A DNA stretch of 64,000 nucleotides from Epiperipatus broadwayi (lineage: Eukaryota; Animalia; Onychophora). The DNA is taken from NCBI GenBank assembly GCA_028023455.1, contig JAQFVV010000006.1:9424001-9488000 (forward strand). Reading direction: 5' to 3'. The translations under genes and the position numbers were made by a program. Positions 52,810 to 64,000 of the stretch are shown in pieces. Below the pieces are notes generated by a model. That model did no database searches. It was not told where the DNA came from and saw only the letters and a list, made by a program, of their open reading frames with translations. The number at the start of each line of letters is the position of its first letter. Position 1 is the stretch's first letter.

Positions 52810-53790
52810 TAATTAGAGGAGATTTGAACCCAGATTTTCAAGCTCCCTTTAGTCATCTACTCCATTTTATACAACCCATACACCTGACCAGATATATGTG
52901 AAAAAGATAAATGATCTTCAATATATGTATTGTGTGTCGTCTTGCATTGGTGGTCGAGAGGTCAGCGCGACTGCCTTGCACTAGCAGGCAGTTGCCCGGG
53001 TTGTGGGTTCGCGTCCCGGCCGATGCTATGACACTTAAAAAAATTATATATATGTATTGTGCTGAACCAGCACTCATAAGTTGGACCAGATCATCATCTT
53101 CCACATATATATACAATTAGTACTCTGTTTATATTAAGATAGCAAATTCCCAAACTTTAATGGACATACATCAATCTTCTCCACTCTACAACTCTTCAGC
53201 CATCTATATCAGTGAAAATCTGATGATAGTGCATTCAAATCCCTTATTTGCCAATTTTTGTTGTGCCATATCCAGGTTGACCATAAATCAATCTGACCCC
53301 TCATATATAGAACCTTAAGCCCATTTAAATACACAGAAGGGAGATAGGCAGAATACATGCTGAATATGTAATATTTTAAATACATATTCAACCTGTATTC
53401 TGCCAATCTCTCTTTTGTGTATTTAAATGGGCTTTAGATCCTACATATGAGGGGTCAAATTGATTTATGGTCAACCTGGATATGGCACAACAAAAATTGG
53501 CAAACAACGGGTTTAAATGCACCATCATCAGATTTTCAATAAATATGGATGGCTTAAGAGTTTGAAAAGACTGAAACCTGTCAATTAAAGTTGGGGCATT
53601 TGCTATCTTAATATAAACCGAGTACTAATTATATATATATATGTGTTGGAGATGATGATCCGGATCAACTGATGAGTGCTGGTTCAGCATGAAATACATA
53701 TATTGGAGATCATTTATCTTTTTTGCATGTATGTGGTCATGTGTATCGTTTGTATAAAATGGAAAGTCTGGGTTCAAATCCCCACTAATT
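52810..53790. mobile_element. About 980-bp foldback element with an HHR in the right arm and a degraded, SINE-disrupted HHR in the left arm
   Basis: Long inverted arms centred near 53375. Plus strand: TCAA CTGATGA GTGCTG-GTT-CAGCAT GAAA TACATA TA TTGG at 53665-53706. Confidence 0.8.
52935..53047 (+). mobile_element. Short tRNA-Gly(GCC)-derived SINE with 14-bp TSD
   Basis: GCATTGGTGGT...CCCGGGTT...TTCGCGTCCCGGCCGATGC resembles eukaryotic tRNA-Gly-GCC; A-rich tail; TSD ATATATGTATTGTG at 52921-52934 and 53048-53061. Confidence 0.8.
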
Positions 53791-54555
53791 AACCAAACAT
53801 AAATAAATACATTAGAATCTTCAATTTTATAAATTAACCCCCTCTCCCCATTGAATCTTTAATACCAATAAAATGGATTTTGAACTTTTAATATGTTCTT
53901 ATTTATATATACATACATTGAATTTTCTATCTAACTTTCGAAGAGGTTGACATATATTAGATATGATAAACCAACAGTCAAACATCTATTAAAAGTTGTA
54001 GATAAAACCAATTTTATGATTATTCGGTGAATTGCTGTATATGTAAAATATAATATAATAATTAATCTTACATACAATTTGGATATTAGGGATCGACTAC
54101 TCTACATTCGCAATAGTATTTACAGACTGGAATAAATAGTGAGTCTGATGTATCTGCTGTCGAAATAAAAATATTCAAATAAAATATAATAAATAAATGA
54201 TAGATTTGTGGACAAAAAAAAAAATGTTAAAATTCACATTTGTGATGGCATGATTCTTGGGTTTTATATTACAACTAATCAATTTAATATCAGATAATGT
54301 ATCTTTTGCATTTTATCATCAACAGTTTTCATCGCCCTGCATGGTCTGGGCAATGGCAGGACATGAAACTCTGGACCTCAAAGTTCAAGGATCGCAACCC
54401 AATTGATACTTCCAATAGTCAAATTTCTTATAAACTCCTGAGAAACAAACCATTAAATTATTACTAATCATAAGTATTATTTGCAAAATATGAATGCACA
54501 TAAACACTTTTAATATTATAATGAGTGATAATAATAATTATAATATTAATATCAT

Positions 54556-55000
54556 TTATGTTCTTTATTACTTTTTACAATGCTTTTTACAACCCACTAT
54601 TGATAGTTGCTCCAGCAATCTTCTTCAGATCTATTATTACTTTTTATAATGCTTTGTACAACCTACTATTGACAGTTTCGATTACCCCAGCAATCTTCTT
54701 CAGAACTTCTACTATTACTTTTTACAATGCTTTTTACAACGCACTACTGACAGTTTCAATTACTCAGACAATCTTTTTCAGAACTTCTATTATAAGAAGT
54801 TATAGTATAAGAAGTACTAGTAGAAGTTCTGAAGGTGATGCTGGGGCAATCAAAACTGTCAATAGTGGGTTGTAAAAAGCATTGTAAAAAGTAATAGTAG
54901 AAGTCCTGAAGGGAAGATTGCTGGGGTAATCGAAAACATCAATAGTGGGTTGTAAAAAGTACTGTAAAAAGTAATAAAGAACTTAAATGATATTAATATT
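54556..55000. repeat. Family C array: three minus plus two plus copies of an about 78-bp HHR-containing monomer
   Basis: Unit starts at 54568, 54637 and 54715, then inverted copies. Monomer core: CTGAAGA A GATTGC-TGGG-GCAATC GAAA CTG TC. Confidence 0.8.
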
Positions 55001-55234
55001 ATATGTATTTGGCAATGCAATACAATTATAGTGATTAAGTATAAATACAGTATTTTTTCCTTAATTTACAGGACTTAAAAAACTCTTATTTCCGGTGTTT
55101 TCCTGAAGGTTTGTGATGATAGTGTTCTAGTTGTATTTTTATATTGGACTATTTCCGTCAAATAATATATGTATTGAATGTCTATAGAAATCAGGAGGAA
55201 CCTCATAGATAAGTATATGAAATTACTATAGACT

Positions 55235-55505
55235 GTTGCCTTTGGCATGATGGCTCAGTTGGTTAGAGCATTACCTTAAAATTCAAAACTCAAGAATCTA
55301 AGGATCCAGGTTTGAATCCCATGCTAGTACTGTCACTGGTCAGGCCAGCAACACCTGAAGAAGAGGGGAGACTAATACCTCTCGAAACGTTGAGCATATA
55401 CTAACCTGTTTGATGTCACAGTTGAATGTATTTGGAATATTTAAATATAGTTATTTTTTCTAAAAGACATTCAATACATACATTAGATGATGGAAATAGT
55501 CCAAT
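55235..55505 (+). mobile_element. Solo tRNA-headed SINE/pLTR with HHR motif
   Basis: A box TGGCTCAGTTGG at 55251-55262; B box GGTTTGAATCC at 55309-55319; CTGAAGA-A-GAGGGG/CCTCTC-GAAA-CGTT at 55355-55391. Same family as 175-436. Confidence 0.75.
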
Positions 55506-56629
55506 ATAAAAATACAATCTTATTTGCAGTGTTTCAATTTAAAGTTTTCTTTTTTTTTTTTTTGGCCTCCATTGATTTAATGAAAATGGGGGGGGGGGTT
55601 TCTTCCTAATTTAGGACCTTTAAAGCATTATCACATAAAAAAAGATGGCTTTTAGCAATTATTTTGATTCTATTCCATAGAAATTTGAAAAAAAATTGTA
55701 TATTTTTATTAATTATTAAGACTGTGTGTATTGTACTAATTTTTAAATTAAAAAACATATATAATCAAAAATTATGCCCAATAAGTTACCATTGTAGTAA
55801 ATAAGTAGAGGATATTTATGTAGGAATACAAAATACTTTTGACCACAAAAACATTTGAACAGTCATGGAAGACCTGATGGTAGAATTGGAAAACAATTAT
55901 AAGATGAAAGTGTTGTAATGAAATTTAATTATGGTGACACAAATGAAAGAAAAACAAAAAATTTGTAGAAAAATTGTATATTACGATTTTTTTCTTTGAA
56001 AAAAATGCTAATCGGAAATAGATGTGGAAATATTCTAATGAAAGCCAACAGAATTGAACTTTATGCTAACTATGAGAAAATATGTATTTCACGATTGCAA
56101 TGTTCTTAACAAATTCATCACAAGAGGTGATCATTAATTAGTAGGATGCAAGATACAAACCAATGCAAAATAGAAGACAAAAACTATAAAAAAGTATAAA
56201 CAGTTTATATTCCTAAACTTCAAAAACACTTTAATGAATTTAAATTAAAATTTATTAATGATTTTTGAACCCAAACAGATTTTGGAGCCGGTTCAAACTT
56301 AACAGACATCAATAAGATGATTGATACGCTATTGTGAACTGCAACAAAGATAATACAAAAATTGAGCTATGTAAAACGTAATAAAAATTCCAAAACTTAA
56401 ATATATCACCGAACGTAAAAATAATTCCATTTCCATAATTTAAATAAAGTATATAACCCAAAAACAGCTCCAAGTAAAAAGTCAGAAAGCTAGTAACCTT
56501 AGAATATATCATTATGATATATAAAACTACATATAATCATTAGTTTTAAATTCCTGCTGATATCTATGGTTTACTCATTACAAACCATATATAAATTTTT
56601 TCCAATGGATTATAACTATAATATTAATA

Positions 56630-56930
56630 TTATCTATATTCTTTATTACTTTTTACAATGCTTTTTTCCAACCCACTATTGACAATTTCGATTGCCCCAG
56701 TAATCTTCTTCAGAATTTCTACTTATATAAATAGAAGTTCTGAAAAAGATTGCTGGGGCAATCGAAACTGTCAATAGTGTGTTGTAAAAAAGTATTGTAA
56801 AAAGAATATAAGTAGAAGTTCTGAAGAAGATTGCTGGGGCAATCGAAACTGTCAATAAGTATGTTGTAAAAAGTAAGAAAGAATATAGCTGGATATTAAT
56901 ATTATATAAATTTGGCAATGCAATAAAAAA
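56630..56930. repeat. Family C array: one minus plus two plus HHR monomers
   Basis: Intact core at 56821-56853: CTGAAGA A GATTGC TGGG GCAATC GAAA CTG TC. Confidence 0.8.
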
Positions 56931-57509
56931 GATAAACTTAAGGATTATAGCTACTGATACTAACAGTCTGAAAGAAATTTGTAAACAAAGCAAAAGAGCC
57001 AAATGTCTCTTTCTTTTTTTTAATTAATAAATCCAAATGGAAAAGGTTTCACTTCTTTCAAAACTATCCTTTACAGAACCATCATTTCTTTTTTTTTTTT
57101 TTTCTGAGAAACTGTTCAATGTTTATATGCTTCATAATCCATTTGCTTTTGAAATAAAATATCCCTACAAACAATTTATGAATTCGTGGATATTCAGAAT
57201 GATTTACAAACTTTTTCTAACCAGATTAAATGATAATCAATTTGTGATATTTGAATATGTAAATAATTAATGAAGATTTATTTTTATGTTTATATTAAAT
57301 AAAATTATTTTCTGTTCCTATTTTAAAAACTTTTAGTTTCAAATTATATATATATATTTATAATTTATGGAACCATAAATCAGTACGTTCAAGCATTAAA
57401 TATTTATGTTCTCATGAAATACATGGAGTCTATTAGTACAGAATCATTGAATTTAAATGGATATACAAAAAAAAAAATTTGGAGAAAGGCAAATGAGATA
57501 TAAAACATC

Positions 57510-57845
57510 GCATGATCATTTCCTATGCTTACAAGCTGTTAAAACAATAGCAAACTCTCTGTGCAATAGTATCACCCAGTGCAAGCCTCAGTAATCAATC
57601 AATGGAGGCAAGAAGATTTGTGCATAAAATCATTGTCTAGGACCTACTCATCCAATATCCTCAGACTATCTAACTTGGGCTTTCAGTAGTGAGGAGACTT
57701 GGACCTAAGAGCAGTGTATCTAGATCAAGGTTCTTAGATCCAATGCTCCTCACTGATGAAAGCCAAGAAGATATTGGATAAGTAAGCACTAGATAACGCT
57801 TTCATATGCAAATCTTCTTGCATCCAGTACTATTGTATGGAAAGT
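57510..57845. mobile_element. Family A foldback (degraded)
   Basis: Shares the tttgtgcataaaat, ctaga and ctcctcactgatgaaagcc motifs in inverted arrangement. Confidence 0.65.
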
Positions 57846-59744
57846 TTTAACTGAAAATTTTGTTTAAAGTAAAGGCAAAATTTACTTTAAATGCAGTGCA
57901 AATTTTAATAAACAGATTTCTGAATCATTTTAGGATTTCTTTCTATTTCTAAAACAACAGCTGGAACTAGCGACCCAATCAAAAAATTGCAATAATAAAA
58001 TAATTACATGGTTAATTGGTTGAGAGAGCACAATATACATTTGCGCAATCAAATGGCAGAATGAGCACAAGTTCTACTTGAGCGAACCAAAAGAGATTTC
58101 TTTTTAAACTTACTTAGCTGAGAATTGAATCAGAAATCTTTTGTTTTCAAGTCAACCATTCTAACCACTGCACTCAGTACAATGCAATAATCAGACTTAT
58201 ATACTCCAATTTTGTTAACAGTCACTTGGATTGAACATTATTTTGGCTCGACTCCAATGTATTCTCAAATATCATTCAATTTTCAATTGTGTATCAAATA
58301 GCTCCTTCAATTTTACATTCAACAACTACATTAACAGCAGTAATCTGTTTCATTCCAGAGCCATTTATGTAGACAAGAGTAATCAAAAAGAATTTAAATA
58401 AATAAGTGAAATACAGAGCTCCTCACCGATGATGGCTAAAAGAAGAAATTAGTCTGGGATTTGGTTTGAGTTCCCTCTAATGCTCACGGAATAATACTCA
58501 TGCTTGCATAAATGGCTTTTGAATAACGAATAATGAAGACCCCACTAATTGGAGCTTTCATCTGATATATTCTATATAGTTTGTTACAGTGCTGGAGTAT
58601 AGGCCAGCTCTATGATTTCTGGTTCTTAAACTTCCTACAAACTCCAGAGAATTAAAACATCCAATTATTTTTTTGCCCAGGCAGGGTTAGTTTGGTGGTA
58701 AAATGGCAGATCCTGGAGTTTCAAGTCTATGGATCATGGCTCAGCTGTTTCTTCTGATGCATGAACTTCATATGAATTCCTGAAACTGTTATTAACTGCT
58801 GAAAAATAGCACATCCAAAGATGAAAATCCAAAGGGAATTATATAATCCCTATCGTATCTTCTCTTTTCCCTCTCACTCTTGAGATTTTGCCCAATTTAA
58901 TTTGTTAAAACATCTTCCATTATGGAAAATCAAATAACTACTACATTATGCCTTAATAGTCAATTTAAAAATAATATATCGTGATAAGTAGATATCAAGA
59001 ATTATTGTATATACATATACCCTTTGTAGTCACTTAAATGTAGAAATATAATTTCGAATCTTGCAACTATACAATTAAAATTACAGAGAGAAAAAAATTG
59101 GAAATGATTTTAAAAAATAAAAAGCTACCCAAAGAATTAAAGATTAAAAATAACAGCATTAATTCCACTGGGATGGAAAGACCCAAGACAATCCTAATAA
59201 AAAAATAACATGATCAACAATACTTGACCTAATTCCAAATTAAACATAGCTATTCATTAGCAAATTCTTCTATTCTTTCTACTCTTACGCCATCTAATGT
59301 AAGTTTTCGTAATCAAGATACCATAGTAGGGCCTAATAAACCCTTATCTAGTGCTGCCCCATTATGGCTCTTATTGGTAAAAAGCTTTTTGGATTTTTTT
59401 GAATCATGTACTTGAATCTAATGGACCTTTCCTACAATTGCCATTTTTACTTTCAATTATATTATCAAGCTATCGGCTCAAATTGAAAAACTTTTTAATT
59501 CTGACCAAAGAATAAAGGGAACTAAAGTTATAAAATCAAAAATTACTCTAATATATAGAAAACAGGTTTCAGATCTATATAACTATGCATGCAAATAGGC
59601 TTGGATTGAAAATGTAAAAAAAAAAAATGTTGCTGAAAGAAAAGTACATTAGATCCAAATGACCTGATCAAAATTCCAAAAATTATTCATTGATGGAAGC
59701 CATAAGCTAGAAACTAATAAGGAATATTAGGATAGAAGTGATTT

Positions 59745-60075
59745 CAGAGGCAAAACTCTCCATACAGCAGCACCATCAATACAAGCCAGATTAATCAATG
59801 GATGCAAGAAGGTTTGTGCATAAAATCCCTATCTAGTGCCTACTCATCCAATATCCCCACATTAGTTTCTAGCTTGTGGCCTCCATCGGTGAGGTGTCTT
59901 GGGTGTATTCTCAGATCCCAAGACTCCTCACTGATAAAAGCCACACACTAGAAACTAGTGTGGGGCTATTGGATGAGTATGTACAAACCTTCCTGCATTC
60001 ATTGATTACTCTATTGTATGGAGAGTTTTGTCTCTGTGAAAGCAGCTTGTGTAAACATAAAGAATGGTGATCATG
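59745..60075. mobile_element. Family A foldback (degraded HHR motifs in both arms)
   Basis: ctcctca CTGATAA aagccacacacta GAAA CTAG TG tgggg at 59924-59965, with a mirror on the minus strand. Confidence 0.7.
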
Positions 60076-60589
60076 ATGTAGGATAGAACTGATAGTGATT
60101 TAATAAGCATCATCATCAGTCATCTACTGCTTACTAAAGCTTACACTAGCTGAATAAACACATTTTTCTGTTTGGAGAATTGAATGAAGTATTAGTAAGA
60201 CCAGTCAGTACCTTTCGAAATAACATTATTACAAATAATGGTATTTATACTCCACTGATCCAAAGATTCAAAAAAAAAACAACTCACTGATAAAAGCTGC
60301 AAATTAAAACCAATCTGGCTGTATTTAAATAGACCAGCACTGGTTATGCCTATCTGGCATCTATTAATTATAAAACTTATATTAAATGACATAAGATTAG
60401 AAAGAGCAAAAGAGTATACTAACATAAGAGAAAATGAGATACAGACGACACATGCAATATGACAGAGATACAAACTTACTAATCAAGTGATTAATAAATA
60501 TATGGAAAAAAAAGTCAACTATTTTAGAAACATTACTTTGTCAAATTATAAATAAGGAACTTGATCATGAATTGTCAAAAACTTTGAAG

Positions 60590-60770
60590 ATTAAAACAGG
60601 CAAAACTGTCCATACAATAGTGCCACTCGGTCAGTGCAAGCCAGAGTAATCAAAGCCTTCTGGCATCCATTGATTACTCTGGCTGGCACTGAGTGGCACT
60701 ACTGTATGGAGAGTTCTGCCTGTTTTAATAACAGTTATGAGCAAGCATAAGAAATGGTGATCATGTGATG
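60590..60770. mobile_element. Short family A hairpin without the HHR segment
   Basis: aacaggcaaaactgtccatacaatagtgccactc ... gagtggcactactgtatggagagttctgcctgtt. Confidence 0.7.
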
Positions 60771-63170
60771 TACTTTGAAGATGTAATAAAATGATTGTAG
60801 AATAGTCTAAAAAGTTAAATAAATCCATCCATATTCATGATTCCCATAACCACACTTTCGATTATCCATGATTTTAAAAATATATTAAATAAAAAAATAA
60901 TTTAAGTTTAGCTTTCAAAGCATTCACCACATATAAATCCTTATAACAATTTGGATTAGAAATAAAAGACAACCTCCTTTTATTTCTATTCAAACACTAG
61001 ACAAAAAAAAAGCTATTACTGGATCCTAAAGTAAAAAGTAATTTCATCATAAGAATATTAGAGTTGATTGATAGTTTCCCTAACAACTTCACTCTAAACA
61101 TATTTTAGCTTATTTACATGTTACAAAGGATCCCCTACTTCATTCTGTTTACATCATACTAAATCCATAAAAATATTTAATCTAACTCCTGCATATATAC
61201 ACACATTTTCAGCACGTATACACAGTACATATACACACTCATAAATTTATGTTAGAAATTCATATTATAATACAATTCATTATTGTCCATAAATTTTGGT
61301 ATCTATGACAAAGCTTGGTACCAAATATTAGAAATACGACATTACATAAAAAGTAAAAACAGGCAAAAAAATATGGAAAGTAAATGATTTTTCATGTTAA
61401 AACAGGCACACACTGCTGGATAAAAAAAATTATTCGGATATCACGGATGGATTTCCAATTCCCAAAATTTTTTCCACACTTTCGTGTTCACTATGACCAA
61501 CAACTCATAAACGCGTGTGGTACTCTAAATCCAGAAACAAAAGCAACAATAGAAAAACAAAGAATAGGAAGCTTTTAAAAATAAATAAATTAAACACGAG
61601 TTAATGTAATCGGTATCATTCTATCGATAATGAAAGGATGGAAAATGAAAACGTAGTTGCACGAACTCGTTGCCGCAAACGGAGCAAAAAGATGATTGAT
61701 AGATAGTACAAGATTCTCACGGCGACCGGGACGCAATGCTAAGCTAAGAGGCTGAAGACGGAATCGGAGAAATAATAACGGGTTATAAATTTTACTGATA
61801 ATTTCCAGCATAATATTTTGCGCGTCTTTTCCGAGAATATGGTTTTAATATTGTCTTTAATTTATGACACTTCGGCAACGAAGTTACAATTGGTTTAAAA
61901 TATAACTTTTATCCGTATATATATTTAAAGTCAGACTAAATCACATTAAAAAATAAAATTGAAAATCAGCCCAATTTATTTCAATCTAAGTAATAGGTGT
62001 AAAACCTTGTTAAAATATACATATAGGTTAATATAATATATAAACAAGATTTCAATTTCACGTTATTTATTTTTTAAATAAATGATTTCCTTTAGCAAAA
62101 AAAAAAAAATGTTTACATTAAAGTCAGATATACCAAACCATTCGATACCACCCAGATTTCCAAAAGAAACAAATAATTAAGCTAGAAGAGTAGAGTAATG
62201 TAATAGAAAAGATAATAAACCAATTTTAATTAAGTAAACAGAAAATAAGAGATTAAATAAAACATCAAACAAAATCAAAATAGTAGTTTCTAATAATACC
62301 TGCAGTTGCAGTAACTTTTGGTCAGACAAAACCGCCTGAAAATATGAAGAATTTTGGCAATAAATAAACCCATTTCTTTGCGATAGTAATTTATTTGGCT
62401 CCCTTACTGTCTACGGATTTGTGTTCTATTTCGAGTTCTCCGATTTACCATGCTGGCATGTCGGTTTCGAGTAATTGACGATACAAACAGAAAAATACTT
62501 ATGCCCGTCAGATAGCTAGACAAAAAAATAAGATCCCACATCGAACAATAATACTCGGCTTCATTTTTCCTGCTACAGACTTCTGATTATTTACTCATTT
62601 CAGGAAGTTAGTTGCGAAGGAAATGAATGATACTCTTCCACATATAACACGTTAACTATAATTAACAAATGTTACTAAATTTGTCAAAATTTAATGCAAA
62701 GTTAAAAATGATGAAGCAAATAAGAGGAAGATAGAGCGACATGAAAGTCAATAAATTTCCATGTCACCATTCAGGGCAGCGAATAAAGATAATCTAAAAA
62801 TTTAATTGGCTGTTTTTCTTTTAAATAATTCTTTTGTATTTTTATTTTTAAAAAAAAATACAATTAATAAATAATTGAAAATAAAAATAAGTCGTAGTCC
62901 AATTAACAAACAGTGTCTGCCTTTAGTTCCTTATTTCCTTTCTCCCCCCATCTCTTTAGTTTGTAAAACCATAGCTGGAAAATTTATGACTTGTACAAGC
63001 TAATGTCTATGACTGTCTGAAAATCCTTTTAAACTTTTATCCCCCCTCCCCCAATCATTGATCAAGTTTATAAATAAAAATAAAATCTTAACGTCAAATT
63101 GTATTAAAATCAGTTCTTTTTTTTTCAATCCATAAAATAATTCTAATAACTTTTTGAAAATATTTAACAA

Positions 63171-63455
63171 AAAATCGTTTTACTACTAAACTAATAAAAC
63201 CAATTCTAGTCGTAATGTAAGTTGCTCGGGAGGTCATGTGACGTTCGATCAAAATCGTTTTACTACTAAACTAATAAAACCAATTCTAGTCGTAATGTAA
63301 GTTGCTCGGGAGGTCATGTGACGTTCGATCAATTTAGTGGGAAGTTTTTGAAAATATGCAACAAAAAAATCGTTTTATTGCTCAACTAACAAAACCAATT
63401 CTAATCGTATGGTAAAATGCACGGGAGGTCATGCGACATTAGAGCAATTTAGTAG
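63171..63455. repeat. 2 x 80-bp exact tandem repeat plus a diverged third copy
   Basis: aaaatcgttttactactaaac...ggaggtcatgtgacgttcgatc at 63171 and 63251; diverged copy from about 63365. Confidence 0.9.
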
Positions 63456-64000
63456 AGTACGTCACTACAGTACCATTCCATTGAGTTGAATGGGGCTTCT
63501 TTTTTTTATTTAATTAACTGAGAATTAGTCCTGAAATCTTTATTCTCCAATTTTCACCCTCTCTCTAATCAGTGCTTTTTAAGGGCCTCATGCTGCTGGT
63601 AGAATGAGCCATGTCCACAATCTGGATTCAAATCGCTGATAGGTAAAACTTTGAAAAATATTTTTTGTTATTGGTAACCAACACATGGACGATTCCGATA
63701 ATCATCTAATATTGTTTGTGCTTGGCTAGAACATAAAATATAAGCGGAAATCTGCTCAAACTCTTACCTCCTAGCAATAACGAAATTTTATTTTTTTTAA
63801 CCAAATTTGGTACGCAGTATTTAGTTTTTCACAACAATAATGAGGTGTGAGATAGTTCTTCGCCCTGAACCAGGTTATTTAAAAGACGTTTTAGATTGTA
63901 TTTAATAATTTACAAAGCATTATTATTATTTTTTTTATTTATAAATGAGTTCTAGCACAACTGTCATCTCTCACTTTGCCTTCAAATAATGGGCTAGCCC

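Noticed and set aside
52942-53024. Functional tRNA gene
   Set aside because: Anticodon arm and variable region are rearranged, there is no T4 terminator, and it has a tail and TSD; it is a SINE.
54525-57002. ORFs 54525-54875, 56676-57002 and the related 8191-8469
   Set aside because: Repetitive translations of the family C HHR monomers; no protein motif.
61590-61811. 73-aa ORF as the LIMK first exon
   Set aside because: No LIM Cys/His pattern and no phase-compatible donor identified; the region is only mildly CpG-rich.
14790-63640. Several degraded tRNA-SINE-like stretches (about 14800, 51800, 58150, 58690, 63600)
   Set aside because: Only partial A/B boxes; boundaries cannot be supported by eye.

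Overview
AT-rich, intron-rich animal DNA, probably from an arthropod (species not identifiable from the sequence alone). The window lies almost entirely inside one minus-strand LIM-domain kinase gene (LIMK1-like). Eight phase-compatible coding exons were reconstructed between 50638 and 4501, covering the second half of LIM1, LIM2, PDZ, the S/R-rich linker and the kinase N-lobe. The first LIM1 half and the kinase C-lobe exons were not found. There is one GC-AG intron and a candidate 9-nt microexon at the kinase gatekeeper/hinge. The introns contain many mobile elements: two pol-less LTR retrotransposons with 1.6 and 2.2 kb LTRs, hAT MITEs with 8-bp TSDs (one resembling the horizontally transferred SPIN MITE), RTE-like LINE tails, tRNA-derived SINEs, a Penelope-like (GIY-YIG) remnant and an 8x76-bp minisatellite. 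The main observation is that many MITE-looking palindromes, from at least five unrelated sequence families, carry minimal type I hammerhead ribozyme (HHR) motifs. These always point outward from the fold centre, the same geometry as the Penelope remnant at 175-1085. All structures were read by eye; no folding or database search was run.
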